Positions 1-10,232 of a DNA stretch of 64,000 nt are shown in pieces. The notes under the pieces were generated by a model that worked only from the letters and a program-made list of their open reading frames with translations, ran no database searches and was not told where the DNA came from. Both the position numbers and the translations under genes were made by a program. Within the stretch, counting starts at the first letter, position 1. Every line of letters begins with the position of its first letter. The DNA is from Candidatus Doriopsillibacter californiensis (GTDB taxonomy: Bacteria; Pseudomonadota; Gammaproteobacteria; Tethybacterales; Persebacteraceae), in assembly GCA_030386295.1 (NCBI GenBank), contig JANQAO010000003.1:48114-112113 (forward strand), in the 5' to 3' direction.

Positions 1-74
1 GCGCGAACTAGAGTCGCCAGCGACTGGACAATCGTAGTTTAGGTTTAAATAAAGAACAATTAAAGGAAAATTAA

Positions 75-1493
75 ATGGCCATTAACCTCACCATATCCGC
101 CGCCGCGAGAAGCTTACTAGTTGACCCCGCCAATACGGGCACTCGTGCAATTCGTATAACACACATCCAACTGGGAGAAGGCAGTAGAGTACCCGATGGC
201 ACCGAAGTAGGATTAGTTACAGCAGTAGCCACCGGTGATTTTGTCGGTGATGTCAACGCGCAAACGGGGGAGATAGCGGGCAGCGCTATATTTACCGGGG
301 CCGCGGCTATAGACGCCAGTGAGGTAGCGATTATCGCGCAAATAGAAGACTCAGAGTTTGTTTTTGCTTACTGGTCAACTGCGGCGGGCGAGGTTGAATT
401 TAGGAAATTAGCGGGTCAAGACGCCCGCCTAGCGCTCGCCGTCAGATTTGACACGACCCCGGCCGCCAGTATAACTTTTGGCCAAACAGCAGCGATCACA
501 TTCAATAATGAATTTGTCCGATTGGAGGACACGCCAAAGGAAATAGACCCCTGCATGGCAGTTGTGGGTAATCCGTCCGGTGATGGATTATTATTCACAG
601 ATAGCCTAGCGGCGAACACGTTATATTATTATGCGGCACTAACTACCCCCGTGGGCGCGGGTGGTAACACTCATGATATATTGGCTGTAATTTCGAGTGG
701 CTCAGGGTTAGAGCCATTAACAGCTACCAATGCTATAGAACACCTGCAATCATTAACGCCGCAAATAGGTCTAATCCCGCGGCCGTCAGCGACCGCCATA
801 AACGCCACTGATAAGTTGCGTGCGAAGTATATCGGCGTGATTAAAGCCCGCCTCTACGAGCCCAACGCCAGCCAAGATGGCTGGCAATTGTCAGCAACCT
901 TACCGGTATCGTCATCATCCGCAGCACCGGTAGAATTGGTGAGTTCTTATGGTAATGTAGTTTTAAGTGTGTCGCCTCCGGCAACAGCGATAAGCCGTCA
1001 AGTCGGCAGGGTAGTAGGATATGAGGACAGAGCGCAGGCGATAGCTATCATCGCAATAGACTTACCCGCGAGTGTACCGCAGGCGACAGACAGCAAGCAA
1101 GGCGTGATGCGATTTGCTACAGACACAGAGGTTTCGTCCCGCGAGAATGTGGCGGCTGCGGTGAGACCTTCATCGATGCTGCTGCCAGAACCAATAACGT
1201 TATGGTCAGGATCTAGCTTATCGGCGGCGAATATGTCAATAAGCGAGGGGGAATGGTTAGATTATTTCATGTTGGGTGTTGTGGCGGACCCCAACACTGA
1301 AAATACAGACGCGGTAGGCGGGGCGTACGCCATGCCGGGGTCGTTATTTAACGCAGGCAATCGGTTCTATATCGGCGAACGCGAAGAGCATGGTTATATC
1401 GAACGGCAGACGTCCACGACGTTCAGTTACACTGCGGCGACACGTAACTTTGATATCCCCTACATAGTGCTTTTTTGGGGCATTAAAAAATAA
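75..1493 (+). CDS. phage tail fibre-like protein (N-terminal tail-collar/fibre domain)
   Basis: 472 aa. The N-terminus (MAINLTISAAARSLLVDPANTGTRAIRITHIQLGEG...) follows the P2 gpH-type tail-fibre N-terminal pattern (TxAGxAxL...GxxxxIThxxxGxG...P). The rest is Ala/Thr/Ser/Gly-rich. The gene sits at the window edge and is followed by gene fragments. Confidence 0.45.
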   Translation: MAINLTISAAARSLLVDPANTGTRAIRITHIQLGEGSRVPDGTEVGLVTAVATGDFVGDVNAQTGEIAGSAIFTGAAAIDASEVAIIAQIEDSEFVFAYWSTAAGEVEFRKLAGQDARLALAVRFDTTPAASITFGQTAAITFNNEFVRLEDTPKEIDPCMAVVGNPSGDGLLFTDSLAANTLYYYAALTTPVGAGGNTHDILAVISSGSGLEPLTATNAIEHLQSLTPQIGLIPRPSATAINATDKLRAKYIGVIKARLYEPNASQDGWQLSATLPVSSSSAAPVELVSSYGNVVLSVSPPATAISRQVGRVVGYEDRAQAIAIIAIDLPASVPQATDSKQGVMRFATDTEVSSRENVAAAVRPSSMLLPEPITLWSGSSLSAANMSISEGEWLDYFMLGVVADPNTENTDAVGGAYAMPGSLFNAGNRFYIGEREEHGYIERQTSTTFSYTAATRNFDIPYIVLFWGIKK

Positions 1494-1798
1494 GGAACAA
1501 GCCACATTTTTCCGCCACGCTTTTTTCTTTCCGTTTTATTGTTTGTTTTTATAATCAACACAGTGATATTTGTATATCTGTCGTTAAGCAAGAAGTTTAC
1601 CAAATTGCTGTTACCACCGCCGATGTCAATAATGGCGGCGGTCTTATCCAAAGCCTTAGCAAATAGCAAATCGGTGCATGGTCTTTCCATTTGACGACGA
1701 TACAAAACGAGTTGCTTGGCCAAATGCTCCGGTAAGCTCAGTTGCACGCAACGGGCTTCCGAAGGACGGTTTTCTATGGAGCAAATAAAATTATTCAT
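1460..1798 (-). pseudogene. N-terminal fragment of a class I SAM-dependent methyltransferase (truncated)
   Basis: The ORF carries a motif-I-like AIIDIGGGNSNLV but only about 90 aa are coherent. It then runs into and overlaps the 3' end of the tail-fibre gene. Confidence 0.3.
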
Positions 1799-1955
1799 AC
1801 ATTGTTGATTGCATCAACTAGCTCACAGGGCAACCAAAAAAATCTGGGGAGCTGTGCGTGGAGACGATGAGCTGAAATGTGAAGGTGAAAACAGGGAACT
1901 TAATTCCACTAAATTTTTTCGTTAAAAATCAATCTTTAGGAGTATTAATTATTGG

Positions 1956-2615
1956 GTGTCATTTTCTGGTGATCCCCGAACGGAAAAACGGCGGAGCTAC
2001 ATGATGACGGAGCATCATTTGGCAGCTAACTTTACGGTTGTTAATGGTAAGGCGACTTTTATTCCCATGTTTTACGGTGCTGATCCGGGAGTTATCGGAA
2101 ATGGTGCTTATGCTGGGCATGATTTTTTATCTCACGAAGGCAATCGCGGTTTGGAATTGATTAACGCAATGAATAATGAACAGAAAAAAACAGCAATAGC
2201 TGCTGAAGAGGTTATGTTTAATAAATTTGGTGCTCTTGCGTTTCGTGGTCTGGGAACAAAAGATAAGCCGATTAAAGCGTAAGGAATCAGTGCAAAGAAC
2301 TTGTTTGATGAACAGCAAAAATTACTTTGGATATTGATTGAAGAATACGTGCGTAATGCTGATTTTGATGTGGCCAAAGCTCAATTGGAAAAAATACAAA
2401 AGGGAGGTCTTGATAAATTAAGTTTTATGTGGATGGGGCCGACTGACGGCGTTGAAAATATTTTTTATCAGATTTACGAACCTGCAATTTTAATTAATTT
2501 CGTTAACCAGCATACTGGGTTTGACTGGAATACCCTCCCTCACATTATTATCCGTGACTCGTTTAACGATTATGGTGAGAATTGGCTTCAGAGGCATATT
2601 TTAGAAGAGCACTAA
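1956..2615 (+). pseudogene. conserved hypothetical protein interrupted by an in-frame TAA (or two small ORFs)
   Basis: ORFs 1956-2282 and 2301-2615 lie in the same frame (both start coordinates are 0 mod 3). Only TAA at 2280-2282 separates them. The first starts with GTG and the second with TTG. Confidence 0.35.
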
Positions 2616-2760
2616 TACATCGTATTTTCGCTGAACACTTTAAGGTTTTTGATGTAGATGTTGGGTAAAAGTAAGGTGCTGGTCGCCTAGACTTTCATTA
2701 TTGTAGCTACCGTGTTTGATACATGCCTCCACCAAGAGTGGCAGTGGTCGTGTGGTGAGT

Positions 2761-3498
2761 TTAAAACAATTGTGCGATTCCCATGCCAATGAGCACAGTG
2801 CCAACCGCATAAGCCGTCATGCGTGGAGACAAGGGTGATGTTTTTTCAATTAAGGAAAAAAAGGTGAGTGCGATAATCCAGCGTAAATCCATCACGCCGC
2901 TAACAAATAAAAGTAGCATCAACGCCCAACAACAGCCGGTGCAAAAAAGACCGTTGTGTACGCCCATCAGGAATGCACCTCTCGTGCCGTGCCGCCAGTT
3001 CATCATCAAAAAGATAGCAGGATGTTGGCAGCGACGTAAACAGGAAAATTTCAGCGGTGTGAATTGGTATGCACCAGCAATGAAAAAAAATGTAGCACGA
3101 GGGATAGCACCAGCCAGCGCCATGGTATTGTTGTCAATCATTTCCATCCGCGCCGCCCACAGTTGCACAGTAGATGCGCCGGCACTAAACGCGAACCAAG
3201 GCAGTATATAGCCTAGCATTATCATTGTTGCCGGCACGAAAATTTTTTCTTCACGTACTTGGCAATAGCGACAAAATAAACTCATTAACGGAATCGCTGA
3301 TGGTAGCATCATGGCTGCCATCATCACGCCCCACATGACGAACAGCAGACCCCAAGAAGCGTTTTGCCAATCGCCTCGTAGGTGTGGCAGTCGGTAAAAA
3401 TCTAGCGACATGATGACGGTTATCCACCAGCAAATTGCTAACAGTGTTGCACAAACTAAAAATACGGAAATCGTCTTAACTTTTGCTTTCTTTCTCAC
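2761..3498 (-). CDS. DUF2182-family predicted metal-binding integral membrane protein
   Basis: A multi-TM protein carrying the WGVMMAAMMLPSAIP signature typical of DUF2182. Confidence 0.55.
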   Translation of the reverse strand: MRKKAKVKTISVFLVCATLLAICWWITVIMSLDFYRLPHLRGDWQNASWGLLFVMWGVMMAAMMLPSAIPLMSLFCRYCQVREEKIFVPATMIMLGYILPWFAFSAGASTVQLWAARMEMIDNNTMALAGAIPRATFFFIAGAYQFTPLKFSCLRRCQHPAIFLMMNWRHGTRGAFLMGVHNGLFCTGCCWALMLLLFVSGVMDLRWIIALTFFSLIEKTSPLSPRMTAYAVGTVLIGMGIAQLF

Positions 3499-3577
3499 GG
3501 TTGCATTATGTCATAGTGAAAACATGCCGGTGAACAAGGCGAAATATAATTTTGCTCGCGAGTTAAGAAAGGTTTAA

Positions 3578-4795
3578 TTAATTTTTTGATGTGTGCAAAT
3601 GAGAAAATTTTTCTTTCCATTTAATGCAGCGTTGTGCATCACGCTCTTCGTAGATACGGGTGGCAGAAGGAAGATCTAACGTTAACTCATTTTCTCGATT
3701 TTCACCCCAATCCGTTAATCGCATAGTGTACCAATTCGTTATCCCACCTGGAGGTGCAGACTCAAATTTTGGGAAATCAGGATTTCCCCCGGTTTCGGTC
3801 AACCAAGTTTCTGCCAGTCGTGGATTGAGAACCATAGCGCGTGCTAAACCTACCATATCAGCTGCGCCACTAGCTACTGCCTCTATTGCTTGCTCGCGTC
3901 TTTTGAATCCCCCAGTCACCATCAGTGGCACGCGAGTTATCTCTTTTGCGAGTTGGGCAAAATTAATAAAGTATGGTTCTTGGCTTGAGCTGTCAGAGCT
4001 TGCTTTTGCCATAGGGATATAAGTTCCTCCGCTAATATCAATCAGATCTATAGATGTTTGATCGAGCAGGCGTACTACTTTTAAAGCATCAGTTTCTGTC
4101 AAGCCTCCTTCTATTTTATCTGTCGAATTAATCCTAATTCCGATAGGAAACGACGGACCAACGGCATGCCGTACTTCGTCTATTATTTCGATTACTATAC
4201 GGCATCGTGATTCGATTGAACCTCCGTAGCCATCATTCCGGTAATTAAACAGTGGACATAGAAATTGACTGAGTAGAAAACCATGTCCGGCATGTATTTG
4301 AACGCCGCTAAATCCGGCAGTCTGTGCATGTAATGCAGCTTTTGCATACATATCAGGTAATTTTTTTATTTCTTTAATTGACATGCCAGCACATTGAAGA
4401 CCTTCAATATTAAGGGCGGATGGCCCCTTGGGACAACTAATGGGCAGGTGTGAAAGAGCTCCAGCATGACCGAGTTGTACCCAGAGATGAGCGCCCTCAA
4501 TCACGCCTCTCTTGGTAAGTGACCGTATCATTTTTTGATCTGTCTCTGTACTGAGAACTAAATTTCCCGGTTTTTCAGGAAATCGAGGATCTACTTGGAC
4601 TTCACCGATAAAAGAAACAGCGGCTCCGCCTTCTGCCCATCTTTCGTAAAGTCGAATCTGTGCTTTGGTGGGGTCACCCTCACCATTCCCAAGCGAATCC
4701 GACATGGCAGACTTGGCTAAGCGATTTTTAAAAATAGCGCCACAAGGAAGTTTTAGCAAACTTTGAAGAATATGAATGGAATTTGAGTTTTTCAT
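3578..4795 (-). CDS. NADH:flavin oxidoreductase, Old Yellow Enzyme family
   Basis: 405 aa. It has the OYE motif HAGHGFLLSQFL, an N-terminal LPCGAIFKNRLAKSAM and a TIM-barrel FMN-site pattern. Confidence 0.85.
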   Translation of the reverse strand: MKNSNSIHILQSLLKLPCGAIFKNRLAKSAMSDSLGNGEGDPTKAQIRLYERWAEGGAAVSFIGEVQVDPRFPEKPGNLVLSTETDQKMIRSLTKRGVIEGAHLWVQLGHAGALSHLPISCPKGPSALNIEGLQCAGMSIKEIKKLPDMYAKAALHAQTAGFSGVQIHAGHGFLLSQFLCPLFNYRNDGYGGSIESRCRIVIEIIDEVRHAVGPSFPIGIRINSTDKIEGGLTETDALKVVRLLDQTSIDLIDISGGTYIPMAKASSDSSSQEPYFINFAQLAKEITRVPLMVTGGFKRREQAIEAVASGAADMVGLARAMVLNPRLAETWLTETGGNPDFPKFESAPPGGITNWYTMRLTDWGENRENELTLDLPSATRIYEERDAQRCIKWKEKFSHLHTSKN

Positions 4796-4933
4796 AGAAA
4801 ATTAAATTTTAAGTAGTTAACTTCTACAGAAAGAGAAATTTTATTAAAACATTAATCAGAACTTTCTTACGCTTGGATAGACATGATTTTTCAGTTGTGT
4901 TTGCTGCTGAGAGCATGCGTTCTGAATTAAGTT

Positions 4934-6135
4934 TTAGTTTGAATATTTCATATACCAATCGCAAAATTGTTTGCAGTGACGCTCGTCATCAGAAAAAACA
5001 CCTGGGCGATAGTAATCAGAAAGAGCTCCTTGAGTCATTGATTTACAAAGATTTTCGTCTTCAGTGTTTGTTACTTTCCACACACTAGTCATATGCTTAC
5101 GCTCAAAATCTTTTCCTTCTACTGCATCTTTATGCACAATCCAACTGGTATAAAGAACACACTTATATTCATTCAAAGGTAATATCCAATTAGTTGCAAT
5201 ATGGTCGCTGACAAAATGAATCCATCCGTTTGGATTGAACCAAAACGACAATGTTCCTTCGTACTCTTTGTGAGGACCTATCAACCTTGCGCTACACGGT
5301 TTTCCATCAAAACTAGTTGATTTATGGCCTTTCTTCATCGGATATCTGGCAATACGACAACTATCATGTGTATCAAACGCCTGTTCTTTCCACAGCAATC
5401 CTTTCGCCTCCCATTTTTTGGTTGCTTGGTTGAATATTTTTAAATATTCAAGGTCTTTGCTTCCATTAAAACTATTATCACTAAATAGCTTGAGTAGTCC
5501 CTTATTGTTAGCCTGACAATGACAGCATTCGCGATTGTTGAGCATTACACCAACCAATTAGCATCGATTTCTACACGCTCATGGTAGGCTAGTTTATATT
5601 CGTCTTTACCGAGGTGATAATGATGGATGTATGGATTAATCAGTTTTTGTACATTCGTCATGTCTTCTTTACATTGTTCATCATTTTCGAGACAAGCAAA
5701 CAATAAACCTTCAACTTCTTGAAGTGGAACACTATCAAGTTTGCAGGATTTTCCTGCATCGGAATACATAAATTCTTTAGGCATTCTTGCTGCATGGCGT
5801 AGGCTACCATCATTTAGGTTATAAGACCATTGATGGTTAGGGCAGACAATTGATGGTTAGGGCAGACAATTGATGAAGAACATTTGCCAACATTTTTTGT
5901 CACCAATCGAGCGCTTTAATGGGCACAGCGATTTACATGCATCGAATTACGCCATCAGTACCGTGTATTAAAAAATGAGAATTTTCTAGTAATTCAAAAG
6001 ATAAATAATTCATTTTTTCAGGTACATCTCCACGAGTTCCTACAAAAAACCATTTATTATGAAATAACTGTTTCATCCGGTTCGTATCAAACAACACTTC
6101 TTTAGGAAATGAATGTCCATAGCGGTATTCCTCTT
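4934..6135 (-). pseudogene. Rieske [2Fe-2S] non-haem iron oxygenase alpha subunit, inactivated
   Basis: The minus-strand translation gives Rieske box 1 (VNRCAH) followed by a stop at 5916-5918. Box 2 (IVCPNHQWSYNLNDGSL) is split by a 20-bp tandem duplication. The downstream ORFs 5545-5784 and 4934-5557 overlap out of frame and carry an ENxxExxH-like stretch (NNRECCHCQ). I count at least four lesions. Confidence 0.6.
5831..5870. repeat. perfect 2 x 20 bp tandem direct repeat (TGATGGTTAGGGCAGACAAT)
   Basis: Read directly. Copies at 5831-5850 and 5851-5870 are followed by a partial third copy (TGATG). The repeat lies inside the Rieske box-2 coding region. Since 20 bp is not a multiple of 3, it shifts the frame. 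Confidence 0.9.
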
Positions 6136-6163
6136 TTTTTCAGTAATTAATTGTAATTAGCTA

Positions 6164-7086
6164 TTAGGGAGATTTAATGAGGTTGTCTATATTGACTACG
6201 TTTTCGGCCATGCGGGCGGATTCGGCATCAATCACTTTTCCGTCTAGCTGTGCGGCACCGCGTCCTTCTGCTGCTGCGCTTTTTAGCGCTGCTAAAATCG
6301 CTTGGGCGCGGCAACTTCCGCCGGCGGTGGAGAAAATACCTCGTTGGCAAGTGAGATTTGTGAAGGATGAATCGCCCATTTACCTTCAATACCTAAAGAC
6401 GCCGCACGGCGGGCAGCTAGCATGAAAGAATCTGAATCGTTAAAATCTCCAAAAGGACCGTCAATTGCGCGTAATCCATAGGCGCGGCAAGCGGCCGTCA
6501 TACGTGACAGTGCAAAATGCCATTGGTCGCCCGGATAATCAGGATTAAGTTCGCCAATAACTACTGTGCGTGCACGACAACTAGCAGCATAATCGGTGAC
6601 GCCAAAGTGTAACGCTTCCAGTCGCCGGCTGGATTGGGCAATGGCTTCAACGTTGGCCATTCCCAGCGCGGTTTCTATCAGTGCTTCCAAAACGATGCGG
6701 TGAGTGTATCCCATTGCCTGTTCAATTTGGTTGCAGAGCATGTCCACCGCATACAAATCAGCGGCAACGCCAACTTTGGGTACTAAAATTGTGTCTAAAT
6801 GGGCCCCTGCCTGCTCTAACGTATCAACTACATCACGGTACATATAGTGTGTATCCAGACCATTAATGCGAATGGAAATAGTTTTTCCCTTTGCTTTCCA
6901 GTCAATATCATTGAGTGCCTGAATAATGTTGCTGCGCGCCTTTTCTTTGTCTGCCGGTGCTACGGCGTCTTCCATATCCAAAAACACATAATCGGCGGCA
7001 CTGTCTGCTGCTTTTTGAATCATTGCTGGCATGGAGCCCGGCCGCTGCAGGCGGGTTTGTGCTGGTTGAAAAATTGTGTGACTCAT
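6164..7086 (-). pseudogene. HpcH/HpaI-family citrate lyase beta (CitE) / malyl-CoA lyase-like protein, frameshifted near the 3' end
   Basis: The 264 aa ORF 6292-7086 matches a CitE-like protein up to WAIHPSQISLANEVFSP. The expected C-terminus (AQAILAALKSAAAEGRGAAQLDGKVIDAESARMAENV) continues in another frame, in ORF 6164-6379. The frames are consistent with a single missing C in a C/G-rich run near 6310-6330. Confidence 0.5.
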
Positions 7087-7327
7087 TACATCTCCTTATA
7101 AAAAAAGATTGAGAAAATCAACGTGAATTTAATAAACAGTCGCTTTTAGAGCAAACAGCGTGGGAAAGCAAACGTAATTTATCGCCACACTGTCATACAC
7201 TTGTGTTGGAAATGACGAAGGTACCACAATTGAAGATAGTTGTATTCACTTCTTCTAATTGTGGAATAAGTCATTGAAAATACGCGTTTGTGTAGGGTGC
7301 TGAAATTTTATAATTGAAATTGACACA

Positions 7328-7350
7328 AAGAAAAAACCGCTTACGCGGCT
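7328..7350 (-). terminator. putative rho-independent terminator downstream of ahcY
   Basis: On the minus strand, AGCCGCGTAAGCGGTT forms a 6-bp stem with a GTAA loop, followed by a TTTTTTCT run. It lies 22 nt past the ahcY stop. Confidence 0.4.
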
Positions 7351-7371
7351 CTTCCTCTAATATTTGTGAGG

Positions 7372-8685
7372 TTAATATCGGTAATGTACTGGCTTAAACG
7401 GCCCTTCTTTTTTTACCCCAATATAAGCAGATTGTTTGTCACTCAACGTGGTGAGATTGGCGCCGACATGTGGCAGGTGTAATAACGCTACTCGTTCATC
7501 TAAATGTTTGGGTAGTACATGTACATCCACTGCATATTTGCTTGGATTGGTAAATAATTCAATCTGCGCCATGACTTGATTGGTGAAAGATGCCGACATG
7601 ACAAAACTTGGGTGACCGGTAGCGCAGCTGAGATTTACCAGCCGTCCTTCGGCGAGCAAAATAATGCGCTTGCCATCAGCAAATACAACGTGGTCTACCA
7701 GTGGCTTGATATTTTCAAAGCGGCATTTCTTGCGCAGTTCGGCAACTTGAATTTCGGAATCAAAATGACCGATGTTGCACAAAATTGCGTTGTTTTTCAT
7801 GCGTCGTGCATGTTCAACAGTAACAATATCCACATTGCCGGTGGCTGTAACAATAATGTCAGCTTGCTCACAGGCATCATCTACGGTTACCACGCGATAT
7901 CCCTCCATCGCTGCCTGCAGCGCACAGATCGGGTCTATTTCGGCAATCCACACTGTAGCACCCAACCCACGCAGCGACTGTGCCGAACCTTTGCCAACGT
8001 CGCCATAGCCGCAAACAATGGCGATTTTTCCGGCTACCATTACATCAGTTGCCCGTTTAATGCCGTCTACCAAAGATTCTCGGCAGCCGTACAGATTGTC
8101 AAATTTGGATTTGGTCACCGAGTCATTGACGTTAAACGCCGGACACTTGAGGGTGTTTTTGTTGTGCATGTCGTAGAGTCGTTGAACACCGGTGGTCGTT
8201 TCTTCGGAAACGCCCAGCAATTTGTCGGCTAATTCGGGATGCTTTTCGTGTATAAAAAAAGTAGCATCACCGCCGTCGTCCAATATCATGTTCGGGCTCC
8301 AGCCGCCGGGACCAAAAAAAGTGCGTTCTAAGCATTCTTCATATTCCGCTTCGGTTTCACCTTTCCACGCAAAAACGGGAACGCCGGTGGCGGCAATAGC
8401 AGCGGCGGCGTGGTCTTGTGTGGAAAAAATATTGCACGATGACCAACGCACACTAGCGCCTAACGCAGTAAGCGTTTCAATCAATACGGCGGTTTGTACT
8501 GTCATGTGTAGACAACCAGTAATGCGAGCTCCGTCCAATGGTTTATCGGCGGTCATTTCGCGGCGTAATTGCATGAGGCCAGGCATTTCAGTTTCGGCAA
8601 TGGTAATTTCGCGACGCCCCCAGTCGGCAAGCGAAATGTCGGCAACAGCGTAATCCTGTTCAATATTTGTGGCAGGCAAAGTCAT
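7372..8685 (-). CDS. ahcY: S-adenosyl-L-homocysteine hydrolase (adenosylhomocysteinase)
   Basis: 437 aa. It has the N-terminal [17 protein letters not shown] and an NAD-binding GYGDVGKG motif. Similarity to SahH runs the full length. Confidence 0.95.
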   Translation of the reverse strand: MTLPATNIEQDYAVADISLADWGRREITIAETEMPGLMQLRREMTADKPLDGARITGCLHMTVQTAVLIETLTALGASVRWSSCNIFSTQDHAAAAIAATGVPVFAWKGETEAEYEECLERTFFGPGGWSPNMILDDGGDATFFIHEKHPELADKLLGVSEETTTGVQRLYDMHNKNTLKCPAFNVNDSVTKSKFDNLYGCRESLVDGIKRATDVMVAGKIAIVCGYGDVGKGSAQSLRGLGATVWIAEIDPICALQAAMEGYRVVTVDDACEQADIIVTATGNVDIVTVEHARRMKNNAILCNIGHFDSEIQVAELRKKCRFENIKPLVDHVVFADGKRIILLAEGRLVNLSCATGHPSFVMSASFTNQVMAQIELFTNPSKYAVDVHVLPKHLDERVALLHLPHVGANLTTLSDKQSAYIGVKKEGPFKPVHYRY

Positions 8686-9009
8686 TCGTGTATTCTCCCA
8701 GCGAAATTAGATAAAAGTTGATTTTAAAGCAAGTGCCGGAAAAATGATAGAGACGAGCTGCTGTCTCCGCCATTTTGACAACTAGGCAATGTGCGGTGCA
8801 GGCTTTGTGTCATCCTAACGTGCCGCTTTTGTAGATTATAAAGAAGTAGCAAAGTGATGAAAGTTCAACTGTTAGCAGCTGGATTTTTGAATCTCATTTT
8901 TCGTAAGAAAAACATAAGCTGACGGCGACAACGGCGTCAAAAAAGATTAACCAAAATAGAATAACTTTTGATATTCGTTGCTAATTATTATAATTAGGCT
9001 TTCCACTGT

Positions 9010-9084
9010 GGGCGCTTAGCTCAGCGGGAGAGCGTCGTCCTTACACGGCGAATGTCGGGGGTTCGAAACCCTCAGCGCCCACCA
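9010..9084 (+). tRNA. tRNA-Val (anticodon UAC)
   Basis: A cloverleaf folded by hand. The acceptor stem is GGGCGCT/AGCGCCC, the anticodon stem TCGTC/GGCGA, the loop CTTACAC, the T-loop TTCGAAA and the end CCA. Confidence 0.9.
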
Positions 9085-9109
9085 CAGTTTTTGTGTTTTT
9101 ATTTCCTCA

Positions 9110-10096
9110 TCACACGGCAAATCCCGGCTCCACACCAAAACGATATTCGTGGTCGGAGGAAATAGATTGAAATGCCGCCGCTAGCGCAATCATGGCGGCA
9201 TTATCTCCACAATGCATCGGCAGTGGCGAACACAGTTCTGTATTTTTTGCTGCGCACACTGCTTGCAACGTGTTTTGCACGTATTTATTTTGCGCAACTC
9301 CACCCACGATGGCTAATCGCTCAGCGCCAAGTTTTTCAATCGCCTGCGATACTTGACGCGCCAGTCCGCGCGCTACTGTTGCTTGAAACGAGGCAGCAAT
9401 GTCGGCGCGTACGGCATCATCATCGCAGTCTTGTTTTGCCGCCAGTCGTCGCACAGCGGTTTTGAGGCCGCTGAAACTAAACTGGCAATTAGGCTGAGCC
9501 GGAGAGGGTAGAGAAAAACGTTCGGTGTTACCAGTTGCTGCAAGTTTTTCTAGCGCACCGCCGCCCGGATAACCCAAATCCAGTAATACTGCTGTTTTAT
9601 CAAAAGCTTCGCCGGCGGCATCGTCCAGCGTTTCTCCCAGTAGTAGTAATGAGTCCGGAGATTTTACCTGCCACAGTTGTGTATGGCCGCCGGATACCAG
9701 CAATGCCAAATAGGGAAAAGCAAAATGTGGATTAGATAATAGTGGTGATAGTAAGTGTCCGGCTAGATGATTTACACCGACTAGTGGCAATCCCCAGGTG
9801 AAAGCTAGTCCACTCGCGACTGTGGCACCAGCCAGTAGCGCGCTGGCTAGTCCGGGACCGCGTGTGTAGGCGATTTTGGTTGGTCGGACGTTGGTAGTTT
9901 TTAACAAGTCATCAACTAGCGGTAACGCCCGCCGTAGGTGATCGCGCGAAGCCAGTTCCGGTACTACGCCGCCATAGGGGCGGTGTCTTCGCCATTGTGA
10001 ATACACTCGTTCGCCAAGTAGTCCGCGTTGTTTTGAGTACAAAGCGCAGGCGGTTTCATCACACGATGTTTCAAATGCGAGAATGACTTTTTCCAT
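9110..10096 (-). CDS. tsaD: tRNA N6-adenosine threonylcarbamoyltransferase TsaD
   Basis: 328 aa with a Kae1/Gcp/TsaD fold. It begins MEKVILAFETSCDETACAL and ends in HCGDNAAMIA. Confidence 0.9.
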   Translation of the reverse strand: MEKVILAFETSCDETACALYSKQRGLLGERVYSQWRRHRPYGGVVPELASRDHLRRALPLVDDLLKTTNVRPTKIAYTRGPGLASALLAGATVASGLAFTWGLPLVGVNHLAGHLLSPLLSNPHFAFPYLALLVSGGHTQLWQVKSPDSLLLLGETLDDAAGEAFDKTAVLLDLGYPGGGALEKLAATGNTERFSLPSPAQPNCQFSFSGLKTAVRRLAAKQDCDDDAVRADIAASFQATVARGLARQVSQAIEKLGAERLAIVGGVAQNKYVQNTLQAVCAAKNTELCSPLPMHCGDNAAMIALAAAFQSISSDHEYRFGVEPGFAV

Positions 10097-10232
10097 AAAT
10101 GCGCGGTAAAAATAAAAAAATAATGATGGCTGTAGGCGAAATAGCTATGCTATTAGGTTATAAAACGATTGTAGCGAAAGCGCAAATAATTCTAACTTAA
10201 ATTACAGTTGTCAATTATGGGAAAATGGTAGG

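Noticed and set aside
4873-5088. 71 aa plus-strand ORF between the OYE gene and the Rieske remnant
   Set aside because: It overlaps the minus-strand Rieske-oxygenase C-terminal remnant and has no recognisable features.
8686-9009. Possible SAH riboswitch or small RNA in the 324-bp region upstream of ahcY
   Set aside because: The conserved SAH-riboswitch core segments (for example CGAGGAGCGCUGC and AGGCUCG) are not present. Only a short 5-bp hairpin (GAGAC...GTCTC) is visible.
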